This document shows, one piece after another, positions 63,599 to 64,000 of a stretch of DNA of 64,000 nt. The stretch lies in NCBI GenBank assembly GCA_963843575.1, contig CAWJKZ010000014.1:672001-736000 (forward strand), written 5' to 3'. The notes under the pieces were generated by a model. The model saw only the letters and a list, made by a program, of their open reading frames with translations. It was not told the origin of the DNA and ran no database searches. Every line of letters starts with the position of its first letter. Positions within the stretch are counted from its first letter, which is position 1. A program made the translations under genes and the position numbers. This DNA is from an uncultured Acidobacteriota bacterium (GTDB lineage Bacteria; Acidobacteriota; UBA6911).

Positions 63599-63790
63599 AT
63601 GCCAAGGCGAAGCTTTCTGAAGGCAATACCCGCGGCAGGAGCCGGCCTCACCGCCGATCTTGTGCGCCGGCGCTCATCTCGCAGCGCAGCCCGAACGACA
63701 CTATCGGCATCGGCTGTATCGGGCGGGGTCGGCACCCAGGGCCACTACCTGATGCCGGACCTGCAGCTCGTTCCGGGGCTGCGTCGTCCC
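63599..63790 (+). pseudogene. Truncated Tat-exported Gfo/Idh/MocA oxidoreductase fragment
   Basis: MPRRSFLK twin-arginine signal, SPNDTIGIGCIG.GVGTQG Rossmann start, ends where convergent apt terminates. Confidence 0.7.
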
Positions 63791-63809
63791 GACGCGGCCC
63801 CCTTTCCCC

Positions 63810-64000
63810 TCAGTAGTGCATCAGGCTCGTGATCTCGAAGCCGGCCAGCTTCTCCCGGCCTCTCAGAAAATCCAATTCCACCATGAAGGCCAGACCCACC
63901 ACGACGCCGCCCACGCGCTGGACGAGTTCCGCCACCGCCTTCGCGGTCCCGCCCGTCGCGATGAGATCGTCGACGATCAGGATCCGCTGCCCGGGCTCGA
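63810..64000 (-). CDS. apt: Adenine phosphoribosyltransferase, C-terminal part (runs off window)
   Basis: Reverse translation [44 protein letters not shown]. Confidence 0.93.
   Translation of the reverse strand, partial: EPGQRILIVDDLIATGGTAKAVAELVQRVGGVVVGLAFMVELDFLRGREKLAGFEITSLMHY

Overview
GC-rich bacterial chromosomal window, most consistent with an Acidobacteriota genome (VWFA-type secreted protein, short EF-Ts, PGNW-type EF-P). It has very many single-base frameshifts, including in essential genes, which points to unpolished long-read assembly errors. Contents in order: (1-16.8 kb) a flagellar basal-body/hook cluster (GGDEF, flgE, short flgD, an unknown ORF, fliK with a 21-bp tandem repeat, fliJ-I-H-G-F-E, flgC-B) with a FleS/FleR-like pair, a divergent FleQ-like sigma54 activator and three clear sigma54 promoters with candidate enhancer boxes; (17-27.5 kb) VWA protein, argH, speA, efp, dedA, a leuA fragment, frr-pyrH-tsf-rpsB-rpsI-rplM; (27.8-36.1 kb) pilMNOPQ, a roadblock protein, accBC, thiE; (36-49.4 kb) ribD, corC-ybeY-7TM/HD, etfAB, fabF-acpP-fabD-plsX-rpmF-yceD and a TPR protein; (49.4-64 kb) a variable region with bactofilin plus a methyltransferase-like gene, recQ, small stress genes, an orphan CpaE-like ATPase, a PilX-like protein, an uncharacterised membrane-anchored 9-residue-repeat protein, rpiB, FKBP, GNAT, YbaK, a BCAM0308-like gene and partial apt. 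Two families of non-autonomous palindromic repeats (MITE/REP-like) are dispersed between genes. I saw no rRNA, tRNA, CRISPR array or transposase. Coordinates of frameshifted genes are reconstructed by eye and approximate.
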